DNA of 64,000 nucleotides from NCBI RefSeq assembly GCF_039654945.1, contig NW_027361697.1, forward strand, positions 2,604,001 to 2,668,000, written 5' to 3'. The notes beneath the pieces are model-generated. The model was given only the letters and a program-made list of their open reading frames with translations, did no database searches and was not told the origin of the DNA. This DNA comes from Dendrobates tinctorius. Taxonomy: Eukaryota. Every line of letters begins with the position of its first letter. Within the stretch, counting starts at the first letter, position 1. Positions 52,930 to 64,000 of the stretch are shown here, one piece after another. Made by a program: the position numbers and the translations under genes.

Positions 52930-55496
52930 TTATAACCCGGTGTAGTGTGGGGTGGAAATACTGCTGGAGGGGCTGCGGGACACTTCGACAATGGGAGTGT
53001 GGAGAGAGGACTGGGATCGTGGTGGGGAAGGAACAGTTAGAGGTGATGGTGTGGAAAAAGCTACAGAATGGGTGGACATGTGGGAGGCAGAAGAGGTGGT
53101 GGGCGGTGGAGTGGAGGGTTGGGCAGGGACTGTAGGAGCAGATGATGTTGATGGAAAGTTGTATGGGGAAGGAGTTTGGTACGGGGAAGGAGTTTGGTAC
53201 GGGGCAGGTTGCTGGAAGTGGGGAGATGTCTGGTACTGGGGAGGTTGCTGGTACTGGGAAGGTTGCTGGTACTGGTGAGGTTGCTGGTATGTAATAGGAG
53301 GGGGAGGATGGAAAGTGGCTGGAGGGGGTGCAGATGTAATAGGAGGGGAGGATGGAAAGTGGCTGGAGGGGGTGCAGATGTAATAGGAGGAGGAGGAAGG
53401 AAAGTGGCTGGAGGGGGTGCAGGTGGAGGAACTACAGTGGTGGGAGGTGGAGGTTGGGAGGTAACCTGCTGTAGAGCACCGTGGCACGAATGCATTACAT
53501 GCATCTGCTGGGTAGGAGATAGTGTTGCCATGCGCTCCACAACAGACCTGAAAAAGGTGTGGTTTGGCGAAGATCTTGCTTCTGAATGCATGGTTTGCAG
53601 AAGTGTCTTCACCTCCAGAATGCTGGAGTTGATCTGCTGAAAGCCTGCGGAGATTTGCTCTGACAAGACTTTTAGACAGTTCTGGAAAGATGCATTCAGA
53701 TGCAAGAACTCTGGCGCATAACTCTTTTCCTGACCCCTCTGCCGCCCAGTACCCGCAGGTGTACTAGAGGTGGCAGGGGCAGAAGGGTGGGGTAAAGGGA
53801 AAGCGATCTCCTCACCAGCAGCTTCATGTAATGTAGGCGGCCACGATGCTCCTGTGCTGGTGGATGGGACAGATGGGTCGAATGTGTGGGAAGGCTGGGA
53901 AGGTGCAGATGTACTGGGGCGGTCGAAGTGTCCCTCGGTGCCGGTCTCCTCAGGGATCGCCTCAGAAGGGTCCAATCGTGCAGGCTCCCGAGTGCTGCTC
54001 ACCGTGCTGTGGAATAAAGAGAAAAAAAAACAATTAAAATACTGACATGGTATGGCCCTGGCTGAAAAAAAAAAGTTACATCTAACATTTTTTTTCACAT
54101 GTGGTGTGTAATTTTTACCTTCTAGTGACCATTGTTTCCCGGAGGAACGACAGGGCTTGTGCGTACTTGTACTTGCTCCTGCGTCCTCCAGATCCACTCG
54201 GGGCCCGCATCTCTTTATTGAACTCCTTCTTGAAACGATCCCTCACAGACCGCCACCGATTCACAATTCTGTTCCCTGAAACGAGAAAGGAGTGGTTAGT
54301 ATACAACATCAGTGTTTCACAAACTCCAGTCCTCATGGTCCCCAGGGGTCATGTTTTCAGGATTTCCATAGTAAATAGAAATCCTGAACACATGATCCGT
54401 GGGGACCACGAGGACTGGAGTTCGGGAAACACTGGTTTACATCAAGCAACCGGTACTGTATATACTTACGCTCTTTAATCTGGGCCCGAACATCGAGGTC
54501 CTCCAAGCGGCCCACAAGGAGCGAACAGATTTCCTCCCAGAGTCGTCGGGTAACGATAAGGTCAGCGTGGCGGCGGTCAGCCATATTCCAGAGCGGCTCC
54601 CTTTCTCTGACGAGATCGATGAGGTGGTCCACATCGAGTCCTCCATCCTCACCGTCAGAGTCGGGAGCACGCTGTGAAGGCTGTTAAAGAAAAAGACAAA
54701 AATAACATAATTAGCCTCCACAAAAGAAATGAAATAAAAAGTGCAAAAAAACAAAGCAAAAATATTTATACTTACACGCTGGTGACCGCCGCGTTGCTGT
54801 CGCCGACGACCCTGGGAGGCACTGCGAGGACCTCTTGGCCGAGCACCAGATTGGGAAGACTAGAGAAGAAAACAAAAAATGTTATGTCTTTGGATGTAGG
54901 CATTTGTTTGCTGTGTGTGGTCTGCAGAACATTGTTTTCTATGTGTTGTGTGTAGTGTGATGTTGTGTTTCTGCGTTTGATGCAAAAAACTTACCAATTG
55001 TGAGCCCACTCCAAGTGTCTGTCCACCCCTTCCTTCTTCTTCTGGGAGCTCCTCTTCATCTTGTGAATCCTGTTTTGAAATAAAAGGCAATGAATAGACA
55101 TATATTACAGAGATGATGGATTTTGGAAATAAAAACTTACCGTCAAACGCTGACGATGCGAGGGAGGGCTCCCAGAAGATGATGTGCTGTCTTCCTGGTG
55201 GCCACACTCCATGCCTGTGGGTGGTGTTCCAGCTGCTGCCATTGCTGCTGCTGCTGCTGCATCTATTGGGCGGCTGTTGAATAAAGAGAAACAAAGGGCC
55301 AATGAATATCTTGATATTCAATAGCCCTAGTTTGGAGGAATGGGGGATTTGATAATTACCGTCTCTCATCTGCTGCTGGCCTCCCCTCCTCAGCATGTTC
55401 CATTTGCTGCTCCATTTGGGGTGGTGGTGGTGCTGATGGTGCTGCAGTGGTCTCCTGCCTTCTCCTGCTGCGCTTGGTTGCTTTCTTGGGTGGCAT
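52930..55496 (-). CDS. Harbinger MADF/Myb-SANT DNA-binding protein, 7 exons (55496-55360, 55273-55141, 55069-54995, 54859-54776, 54680-54470, 54275-54119, 54006-52930)
   Basis: All six introns GT..AG with pyrimidine tracts and matching phases; MPPKK start downstream of TATATAAAA (~55535); MADF LIDLVREREPLW..LWEEI..RWRSVRDRFKKE..YKYAQALSFL; 1-bp frameshift in a G run at ~53345 (580 aa as read, 624 aa if corrected). Confidence 0.88.
54310..54434. mobile_element. 125-bp palindromic hAT-like MITE in intron 5 of the MADF gene
   Basis: CAGTGTTTCACAAACTCCAGTCCTC ... GAGGACTGGAGTTCGGGAAACACTG; TSD not evident. Confidence 0.75.
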
Positions 55497-56211
55497 GTTG
55501 GGTGTGGCTGTGGGTCCCACTGTCTTGCTTTTATATATGTCTTGTGGGCAGAGCTACTGAGCATGCTCAGACCAAAAAAACCGGATCCGGCCACCGGATC
55601 CGGCTTTCGCCGGATCAGGCGCATTGCGGCGCTCATAGGCTTTCATTGTGTGAAAAAGCCGGACGCTCCGGATGCGGCGTGTCCGGCTTTTTCGCCGGAG
55701 ACAAAAAACGTTACAGTAGCCGTTTTTTCCAGACGCCGGATCGCGACACATTGCCGGATCCGGCGAAAACTGGATGAAACGCATGGCCATCCGGCGCGAT
55801 CCGGCGCAAATGCAAGTCAATGGGGGGAAACCGGATCCGGCATTGCATTTCGCCGGATCCGGTTTCTGTCAAAAGCGCCGGATCGCGCCTGAAGGCGAAA
55901 ACCTGATGTGTGAAAGAGGCCTAAAGCTTCCTGACATTCCTGCATTGCTGTTTACCCACTGCTCTGCAAACTGCTTTTTTAAAAGCAATCCCAATTTTTT
56001 TTTTTTCTCCTGCTGAGAAGAAAAAAAAACTGCTTCTGCTGCTAGCAATTTGGCCTGCACAACACACCAGTCACTGTGTGTGCAGTGCAAGGGGAGGCTA
56101 TATTGTGGTGTATTAGTGGTGTTGGTTGTTGGGCTGCCTTTTAAGGCTTCCTGACAGGCTGGCATTGCTGTTTACCCACTGCTCTGCAAACTGCTTTTTT
56201 AAAAGCAATCC

Positions 56212-57778
56212 AATCTCCCTTATCCTCTAGTCACTTTTGTCACAGCTGTGCCATCGAGCCTGTGACATAGCGCTCAGATATCAGTGGGCCTCACACAATC
56301 CAAAAGTGTCCAGCGTCCACAAGTGTCTGCAGAAATTCAAAATCTCCCTTATCCTCTAGTCACTTTGGTCACAGCTGTGCCATCGAGCCTGTCACATAGC
56401 GCTCAGATATTCATTGGGCCTCACACAATCCAAAAGTGTCCAGTGTCCAAAAGTGTGTGCAGAGATTCAAAATCTCCCTTATCCTCTAGTCACTTTGGTC
56501 ACAGCTGTGCCATCGAGCCTGTCACATAGCGCTCAGATATTCATTGGGCCTCACACAATCCAAAAGTGTCCAGTGTCCAAAAGTGTGTGCAGAGATTCAA
56601 AATCTCCCTTATCCTCTAGTCACTTTGGTCACAGCTGTGCCATCGAGCCTGTCACATAGCGCTCAGATATTCATTGGGCCTCACACAATCCAAAAGTGTC
56701 CAGTGTCCAAAAGTGTGTGCAGAGATTCAAAATCTCCCTTATCCTCTAGTCACTTTGGTCACAGCTCTGCCATCGAGCCTGTCACATAGCGCTCAGATAT
56801 TCATTGGGCCTCACACAATCCAAAAGTGTCCAGTGTCCAAAAGTGTGTGCAGAGATTCAAAATCTCCCTTATCCTCTAGTCACTTTGGTCACAGCTGTGC
56901 CATCGAGCCTGTCACATTGCGCTCAGATATTCATTGGGCCTCACACAATCCAAAAGTGTCCAGTGTCCAAAAGTGTGTGCAGAGATTCAAAATCTCCCTT
57001 ATCCTCTAGTCACTTTGGTCACAGCTCTGCCATCGAGCCTGTCACATAGCGCTCAGATATTCATTGGGCCTCACACAATCCAAAAGTGTCCAGTGTCCAA
57101 AAGTGTGTGCAGAGATTCAAAATCTCCCTTATCCTCTAGTCACTTTGGTCACAGCTGTGCCATCGAGCTTGTCACATAGCGCTCAGATATTCATTGGGCC
57201 TCACACAATCCAAAAGTGTCCAGTGTCCAAAACTGTGTGCAGAGATTCAAAATCTCCCTTATCCTCTAGTCACTTTGGTCACAGCTGTGCCATCGAGCCT
57301 GTCACATTGCGCTCAGATATTCATTGGGCCTCACACAATCCAAAAGTGTCCAGTGTCCAAAAGTGTGTGCAGAGATTCAAAATCTCCCTTATCCTCTAGT
57401 CACTTTGGTCACAGCTCTGCCATCGAGCCTGTCACATAGCGCTCAGATATTCATTGGGCCTCACACAATCCAAAAGTGTCCAGTGTCCAAAAGTGTGTGC
57501 AGAGATTCAAAATCTCCCTTATCCTCTAGTCACTTTGGTCACAGCTGTGCCATCGAGCCTGTCACATAGCGCTCAGATATTCATTGGGCCTCACACAATC
57601 CAAAAGTGTCCAGTGTCCAAAAGTGTGTGCAGAGATTCAAAATCTCCCTTATCCTCTAGTCACTTTGGTCACAGCTGTGCCATCGAGCCTGTGACATAGC
57701 GCTCAGATATCAGTGGGCCTCACACAATCCAAAAGTGTCCAGTGTCCACAAGTGTCTGCAGAAATTCAAAATCTCCCC
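56212..57778. repeat. 130-bp tandem array, 12 units
   Basis: AATCTCCCTTATCCTCTAGTCACTT at 56212, 56341, then every 130 bp to 57641; nearly identical units. Confidence 0.98.
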
Positions 57779-57853
57779 TGTCCTATAGACACCTTGTACC
57801 TTGTTTTACATTACTATATAGTTTGTTGGATTTTGTCTACATTTCTACCAAAA

Positions 57854-60800
57854 ATGAGGAAGGCTGGTGGAAGAGGCCGTGGAATTGGGCGGGGGTTGGC
57901 AGCTGGTAATGATGGTGTTGGTGGTGGATCTGATGGTAGTGGCAAGAGCAAAATAGGACCGAATGCAGGAGGTGCTGACCCTGCGTCATCGTCTGGCTAC
58001 ATAAGGCCTCGAACGCTTAGTTTTCTAGGAGTTGGCAAACCGCTTTTAAAGCCAGAGCATCAGGAAAAAGTTTTGTCTTACATTGCTGACTCAGCCTCCA
58101 GCTCTATCGCCTCCTCTTCTTCAGTTGTAAAAAGTAAAAGCACTGAGTCGTCATTGGAGGCTCATGTTCATGAACCACACCTTTCCTTGTGTCCTTCACC
58201 CCAACCAAGATTGAAGGATGACGCAGGCCATACTACTGATTACTCCATGGAGCTGTTTTCACATACCATGCCTGGATTATCAAGTGAAATGGTGAATTAC
58301 CCAGGCCAAGATGAATCTGACATGGAGTGCACTGATGCACAGCCGCTGATGGATGATTCTGCTGGTACATTCACTCAGAGCACTACATTGTCCTCGCAGT
58401 GTACAGAGCCAGATTCTGACCCTGATGAGACTCAGGTGCCCCTTCCCGCACACTATACCACCATACACGGTGACACAGAGGAAGGTGCACATGACATAGA
58501 AGAGGAGGTGATGGATGACCCAGTTGTTGACCCAGATTGGCATCCATTGGGGGAAGAGGGTGCTGCTTCCAATAGCTCAGATGAGGAGCATCCACAGCAG
58601 ACATCGACATCGCAACAGCTGTTATCTGGCAGGCCCGGAGCACTCCAAAGACAGGTTCCAAACATCAAAAGAGTTGCTGGACAGCTTGTCCAGAGGGTCA
58701 AAAGATCACAGCGTGCTAGGCCGCAAAATGTCTGCCAAAGTAGGAAGAGTGCAGTGTGGCACTTTTTTGAACAAAATCCTCATGATCAGGCCAAGGTTAT
58801 CTGTAAGAAGTGCGCAAAGACCTTTAGCCGAGGGAAAAATCTGAAAAATTTGAATACCAGTTGCATGCTTAGACATTTAACCAGCATGCACTTGCAAGCG
58901 TGGACACAACACCAAACCTCAAGTGCCACATGTGCAACTGATCACAACGAAGGTAGTCAGCAACGCTACATTGTTTCCCCCACTGTAAGCCCACCGGTTA
59001 GCACAGCAGCAAATGTTGAGGTGTCGTTGCAAGGTCACAGCAGTCAGGGAATCCCACTGTTATATCAACGAAAGACTGATTCTAGGCCATCAGAAAGAAC
59101 ACCAACTCCATCACCATCATCAACCCTCTCTCAGTCCGCCCTGTCCACCGCTACTTCCACCATATGCAGCTCTCAAGTCCAGCTCACCCTCCCAGACACT
59201 ATGAGTAGGTCAAGAAAGTACTCAGTCTCTCATCCGCGTACACTGGGTTTGAACGCCCACATTGCCAAACTAATCTCGTTTGAGATGATTCCCTTTCGGT
59301 TGGTGGAAAGCACAGCTTTCCGCGAACTCATGGCCTATGCAGTACCACGCTATGACCTACCCAGTCGCCACTTCTTCTCTCGCAAAGCCATCCCAGCCCT
59401 CCACCATCATGTGAAAGACTGCATTGTCCATGCACTCAAGCAGTCAGTGAGCGGAAAGGTGCACCTCACAACTGATGCATGGTCCAGTCGGCATGGCCAG
59501 GGCCGTTACGTGTCCATCACTGCGCACTGGGTTAATGTGGTGGATGCAGGGTCCACAGGGGACAGCGGTGGTGGGACAGTGCTGCCTAGCCCACGGTATA
59601 GGAAACAGTTGGCTGTAGGCGTTCGACCCTCCTCCTCCTCCTCCAGAAGCGAAAGCTCGTCCACAGAGCGCAGTCGTACGAGCACTCCATCTGCAGCTGC
59701 CACTGTTGCACACGATGTGTCCCCCTATCGAGCAGCTAGTGGAAAGCGTCAGCAGGCTGTGTTGCAGATTATGTGTTTGGGCAACAGACACACCGCCGAG
59801 GTGCTGGCCGAGTACTTGAAGCGACAAACTGAGTCATGGCTGGGCAGTGTACATCTTGAGGCAGGCAAGGTAGTTAGTGATAACGGCCGTAATTTTGTGG
59901 CAGCCATAGCCCTTTCAAAACTCAGCCATATACCTTGCTTGGCTCACACCTTGAACCTGGTGGTGCAGTGCTTCCTCAAAAATTATCCGGAGTTAACAGC
60001 CCTGCTCCAGAAGGTGCGAAGACTGTGCGCGCACATCCGCCGGTCGCCTGTACACTCCGTTCGTATGCAGAAGCTGTAGCGATTGCTCCACCTTCCCAAC
60101 CACCGCCTCATTATCGATATTGCAACAAGGTGGAACTCCACCCTGCACATGGTGGAGCGGCTGTGCGAGCAGAGGCAGGCCATAATGCATTTGTGGGAGG
60201 ATACACGGCCAGGCACTTTGAGAGCAGACATGGAGTTGACAGGTGTGCAGTGGTCGAAGCTGAAAGACCTCTGTAAAGTCCTTCAGTGTTTTGAGGAATG
60301 CAAACGGCTGGTAAGCGCAGACGACGCCATCATAAGCATGAGCATCCCACTTATGCATCTGTTCATGCAAACTTTGACGCACCTTAAGGAGCAGGCGTCT
60401 GCAGCCAATGTTGATGAGGAGGAAGAGGAGGAGGGAATCCTTGATGACATTCAGCCATTGTCTGCTCAAGGACCTCTCCTGGACGAGGTGGAGGAAGAAG
60501 AGGAGGAGGAGGAGGATGATGGGGATGATTACTTAGGGGAGGAGGATGCATTTTGTGGGGCAAGTGAAAATGTTGGCGTGGCAAGGTCTGGTACAGGGTT
60601 TGTGCGTGACTGGAGGGATGTGGATTTGCCAGAAAGTGCTCCTCCAACCAGCACTCGCAGTGCATCATTGACACCGGGAACATTGGCCCACATGTCAGAT
60701 TATGCCTTGCAGATCCTAAAAAGGGACCCACGCATTGCCAAAATGATGAACGATGACGACTACTGGTTGGCCAGCATACTGGATCCACGCTATAAAGGCA

Positions 60801-61390
60801 AATTACAAAACATCATGCCACAGGAGAACCTTGACCTAATATTGGCTAATAAACAAGCAACTCTGGTAAATCGGTTGCTTGAGGCATTCCCAGCACACAG
60901 CAGCGGTGATGGTTCTCACACGAGCCGTACAGGCTGGGGGCAGCTTGGCAGAGGTGTTCGTGGTGCACACAGCAGAAGTGGCGTTGGAGACAGGGGTTTC
61001 ATGACAATGTTGTGGACTGATTTTTCAAGTACCGCTCACACAACTGGTAATACTGCATCGATGGAAAGTGATAGGAGACAGCAGTTGTCAACTATGGTTA
61101 CAAACTACTTTTCCTCCCATATCGATGTTCTCCCACACAGGTCATTCCCCTTTGACTATTGGGCCGCTAAACTGGACACCTGGCCTGAATTGGCACAATA
61201 TGCCTTACAGGAGCTCGCTTGCCCAGCTGCAAGTGTGCTATCGGAAAGAGTCTTCAGTGCAGCTGGATCAATCCTGACAGAAAAAAGGACCCGTCTGTCA
61301 ACCCAAAATGTGGATGATCTAACCTTCATTAAAATGAACCACGCATGGGTTTCCAAGGATTTTGTCCCACCTTCCTCTGATGACACATAG
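57854..61390 (+). pseudogene. hAT transposase with BED zinc finger (ZBED-like), ~1178 codons, single in-frame TAG at 60077-60079
   Basis: BED SAVWHFF..CKKC..LRHLTSMH; catalytic TTDAW, VSDNGRN, CLAH, ATRWNST, SVLSERVFS; C-terminal dimerisation region; ORFs 57713-60079 and 60083-61390 share one frame. Confidence 0.95.
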
Positions 61391-61809
61391 GGTGACAGAA
61401 AAATGGCTTGCTTTGGTCCACCTCTTCCTGGGACTTGACCTATTTCACCTTTTGCATCAGCTGAATGTCCAACATCAACATATGCCACTTTCTAAAACTC
61501 CCTAACTGTGCTGCCTCCCCCCCCCATGGCCGGGGTCACCACCTAGCGCACGACACCGTGCGAGTGCCGTTGCCCTGGACAGGTGGGTAGGCCGACTCTT
61601 GGGCGCGGGCACTGGTACAGGGTCCTTCATAGTGCAATCAAGTGTCTCTGACGGTGGTGGTGCACACCCGCCGTCAGACACACCGCCGTACTATGAGGGG
61701 CCCAGTGCCAGTACCGACGCCCACGAGTGGGCCCCCCTTGCTTGGGCAGGGCCCAAGCTTTTGCAATATTTACCTCTCCCTGCTCCTCCGCTGTGTAGTC
61801 TGGGCCGTC

Positions 61810-64000
61810 AAATCCATACTGTGCCTGACACCATCTGAGCCTGCCTCCTGATGTATAGACATATATTTTGAATGTGTACGCTATCCATACATGTTATCCG
61901 GGGAAACGGTACCCTTTCTAACCCTTGTGCAATCACGTGCAATCCATACTGGGCCTAACACCGTCTGAGCCTGCCTCCTGAGACATATATTTTGAATGTG
62001 TACGCTATCCATACATGTTATCCGGGGATACGGTACCCTTTCTAACCTTTGTGCAATCACGTGCAATCCATACTGGGCCTAACACCGTCTGAGCCTGCCT
62101 CCTGAGACATATATTTTGAATGTGTACGCTATCCATACATGTTATCTGGGGATACGGTACCCTTTCTAACCTTTGTGCAATCACGTGCAATCCATACTGG
62201 GCCTAACACCGTCTGAGCCTGCCTCCTGAGACATATATTTTGAATGTGTACACTATCCATACATGTTATCCGGGGATACGGTACCCTTTCTAACCTTTGT
62301 GCAATCACGTGCAATCCATACTGGGCCTAACACCGTCTGAGCCTGCCTCCTGAGACATATATTTTGAATGTGTACGCTATCCATACATGTTATCTGGGGA
62401 TACGGTACCCTTTCTAACCTTTGTGCAATCACGTGCAATCCATACTGGGCCTAACACCATCTGAGCCTGCCTCTTGAGACATATATTTTGAATGTGTACG
62501 CTATCCATACATGTTATCCGGGGATACGGTACCCTTTCTAACCTTTGTGCAATCACGTGCAATCCATACTGGGCCTAACACCGTCTGAGCCTGCCTCCTG
62601 AGACATATATTTTGAATGTGTAGGTTATCCATACATGTTATCCGGGGATACGGTACCCTTTCTAACCTTTGTGCAATCACGTGCAATCCATACTGGGCCT
62701 AACACCGTCTGAGCCTGCCTCCTGAGACATATATTTTGAATGTGTAGGTTATCCATACATGTTATCCGGGGATACGGTACCCTTTCTAACCTTTGTGCAA
62801 TCACGTGCAATCCATACTGGGCCTAACACCGTCTGAGCCTGCCTCCTGAGACATATATTTTAAATGTGTACGCTATCCATACATGTTATCCGGGGAAACG
62901 GTACCCTTTCTAACCTTTGTGCAATCACGTACAATCCATACTGGGCCTAACACCGTCTGAGCCTGCCTCCTGAGACATATATTTTGAATGTGTACGCTAT
63001 CCATACATGTTATCCGGGGATACGGTACCCTTTCTAACCTTTGTGCAATCACGTGCAATCCATACTGGGCCTAACACCGTCTGAGCCTGCCTCCTGAGAC
63101 ATATATTTTGAATGTGTACGCTATCCATACTTCTTATCCGGGGATACGGTACCCTTTCTAACCTTTGTGCAATCACGTGCAATCCATACTGGGCCTAACA
63201 CCGTCTGAGCCTGCCTCCTGAGACATATATTTTGAATGTGTACGGTATCCATACATGTTATCCAGGGATACGGTACCCTTTCTAACCTTTGTGCAATCAC
63301 GTGCAATCCATACTGGGCCTAACACCGTCTGAGCCTGCCTCCTGAGACATATATTTTGAATGTGTACGCTATCCATACATGTTATCCGGGGAAACGGTAC
63401 CCTTTCTAACCTTTGTGCAATCACGTGCAATCCATACTGGGCCTAACACCGTCTGAGCCTGCCTCCTGAGACATATATTTTGAATGTGTACGCTATCCAT
63501 ACATGTTATCCGGGGATACGGTACCCTTTCTAACCTTTGTGCAATCACGTGCAATCCATACTGGGCCTAACACCGTCTGAGCCTGCCTCTTGAGACATAT
63601 ATTTTGAATGTGTACGCTATCCATACATGTTATCCGGGGAAACGGTACCCTTTCTAACCTTTGTGCAATCACGTGCAATCCATACTGGGCCTAACACCGT
63701 CTGAGCCTGCCTCCTGAGACATATATTTTGAATGTGTACGCTATCCATACATGTTATCCGGGGAAACGGTACCCTTTCTAACCTTTGTGCAATCACGTGC
63801 AATCCATACTGGGCCTAACACCGTCTGAGCCTGCCTCCTGAGACATATATTTTGAATGTGTACGCTATCCATACATGTTATCCGGGGATACGGTACCCTT
63901 TCTAACCTTTGTGCAATCACGTGCAATCCATACTGGGCCTAACACCGTCTGAGCCTGCCTCCTGAGACATATATTTTGAATGTGTACGCTATCCATACTT
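61810..64000. repeat. 124-bp tandem array, >=17 units, continues past the window end
   Basis: Exact 124-bp period (repeated ORFs at 61881, 62005, 62129 ...); KpnI site GGTACC in each unit. Confidence 0.98.

Larger units (their letters stand above)
51954..55921. mobile_element. PIF/Harbinger transposon, transposase-deleted, retaining its MADF/Myb-like gene
   Basis: 26-bp TIR GGC(TA/CT)CTTTCACACATCAGGTTTTCG; TAA TSD (51951-53, 55922-24); CCGGATCCGG-rich subterminal blocks; convergent two-gene layout. Confidence 0.95.
51452..64000 (+). mobile_element. Large hAT transposon (left end at 51452, right end beyond the window)
   Basis: Left TIR TAGAGTTGAGCGA of the family seen across the window; CGACTT/AAGTCG subterminal repeats; contains the transposase; same layout as 41002-44693. 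Confidence 0.75.

Noticed and set aside
56284-57699. Repeated 81/111-aa ORFs (and the 61-aa ORFs at 61881-63926) as a gene family
   Set aside because: Periods of 130 and 124 are not multiples of 3; the ORFs are by-products of tandem repetition
57713-57853. ORF-track start for the hAT transposase
   Set aside because: It is a GTG inside the last satellite unit; the ATG at 57854 is the plausible start
57854-61390. Domesticated ZBED1/ZBED4 host gene
   Set aside because: In-frame stop, upstream TIR and a decayed paralogue in the window indicate a transposon; no gene symbol assigned
56212-64000. 130-bp and 124-bp arrays beside a nuclease gene as a CRISPR-like or guide-RNA system
   Set aside because: Units are contiguous near-identical monomers without unique spacers, and the protein is a standard hAT DDE transposase

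Overview
Repeat-dense eukaryotic DNA with no recognisable host gene, rRNA, true tRNA gene or CRISPR array. The transposon repertoire (TTAA-flanked T2/Kolobok-like and piggyBac-like MITEs, Harbinger MITEs, TAGRGWTGAGCG-ended hAT elements, CR1 with an AACTATGT tail, V-SINE) points to an anuran (frog) genome, by inference. Main contents: (1) a >12.5-kb hAT element starting at 51452 and running off the window end, with a ~1178-codon BED-finger transposase carrying one nonsense codon, between a 130-bp and a 124-bp tandem array. (2) Nested in it, a 3968-bp Harbinger element whose transposase has collapsed to a 41-aa remnant, but which keeps a reconstructable 7-exon MADF/Myb-like gene. (3) A decayed Ginger1-type element (integrase + GPY + OTU protease, 26975-~29190). 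(4) Penelope-like remnants with minimal hammerhead ribozymes, one in the loop of an 83-bp-arm hairpin. (5) A 2.8-kb fold-back hAT element with a perfect 8-bp TSD. (6) A near full-length CR1 LINE, several Tc1 elements (one Sleeping Beauty-like), several solo LTRs and many MITEs. All coordinates were read by eye; no database searches were run.
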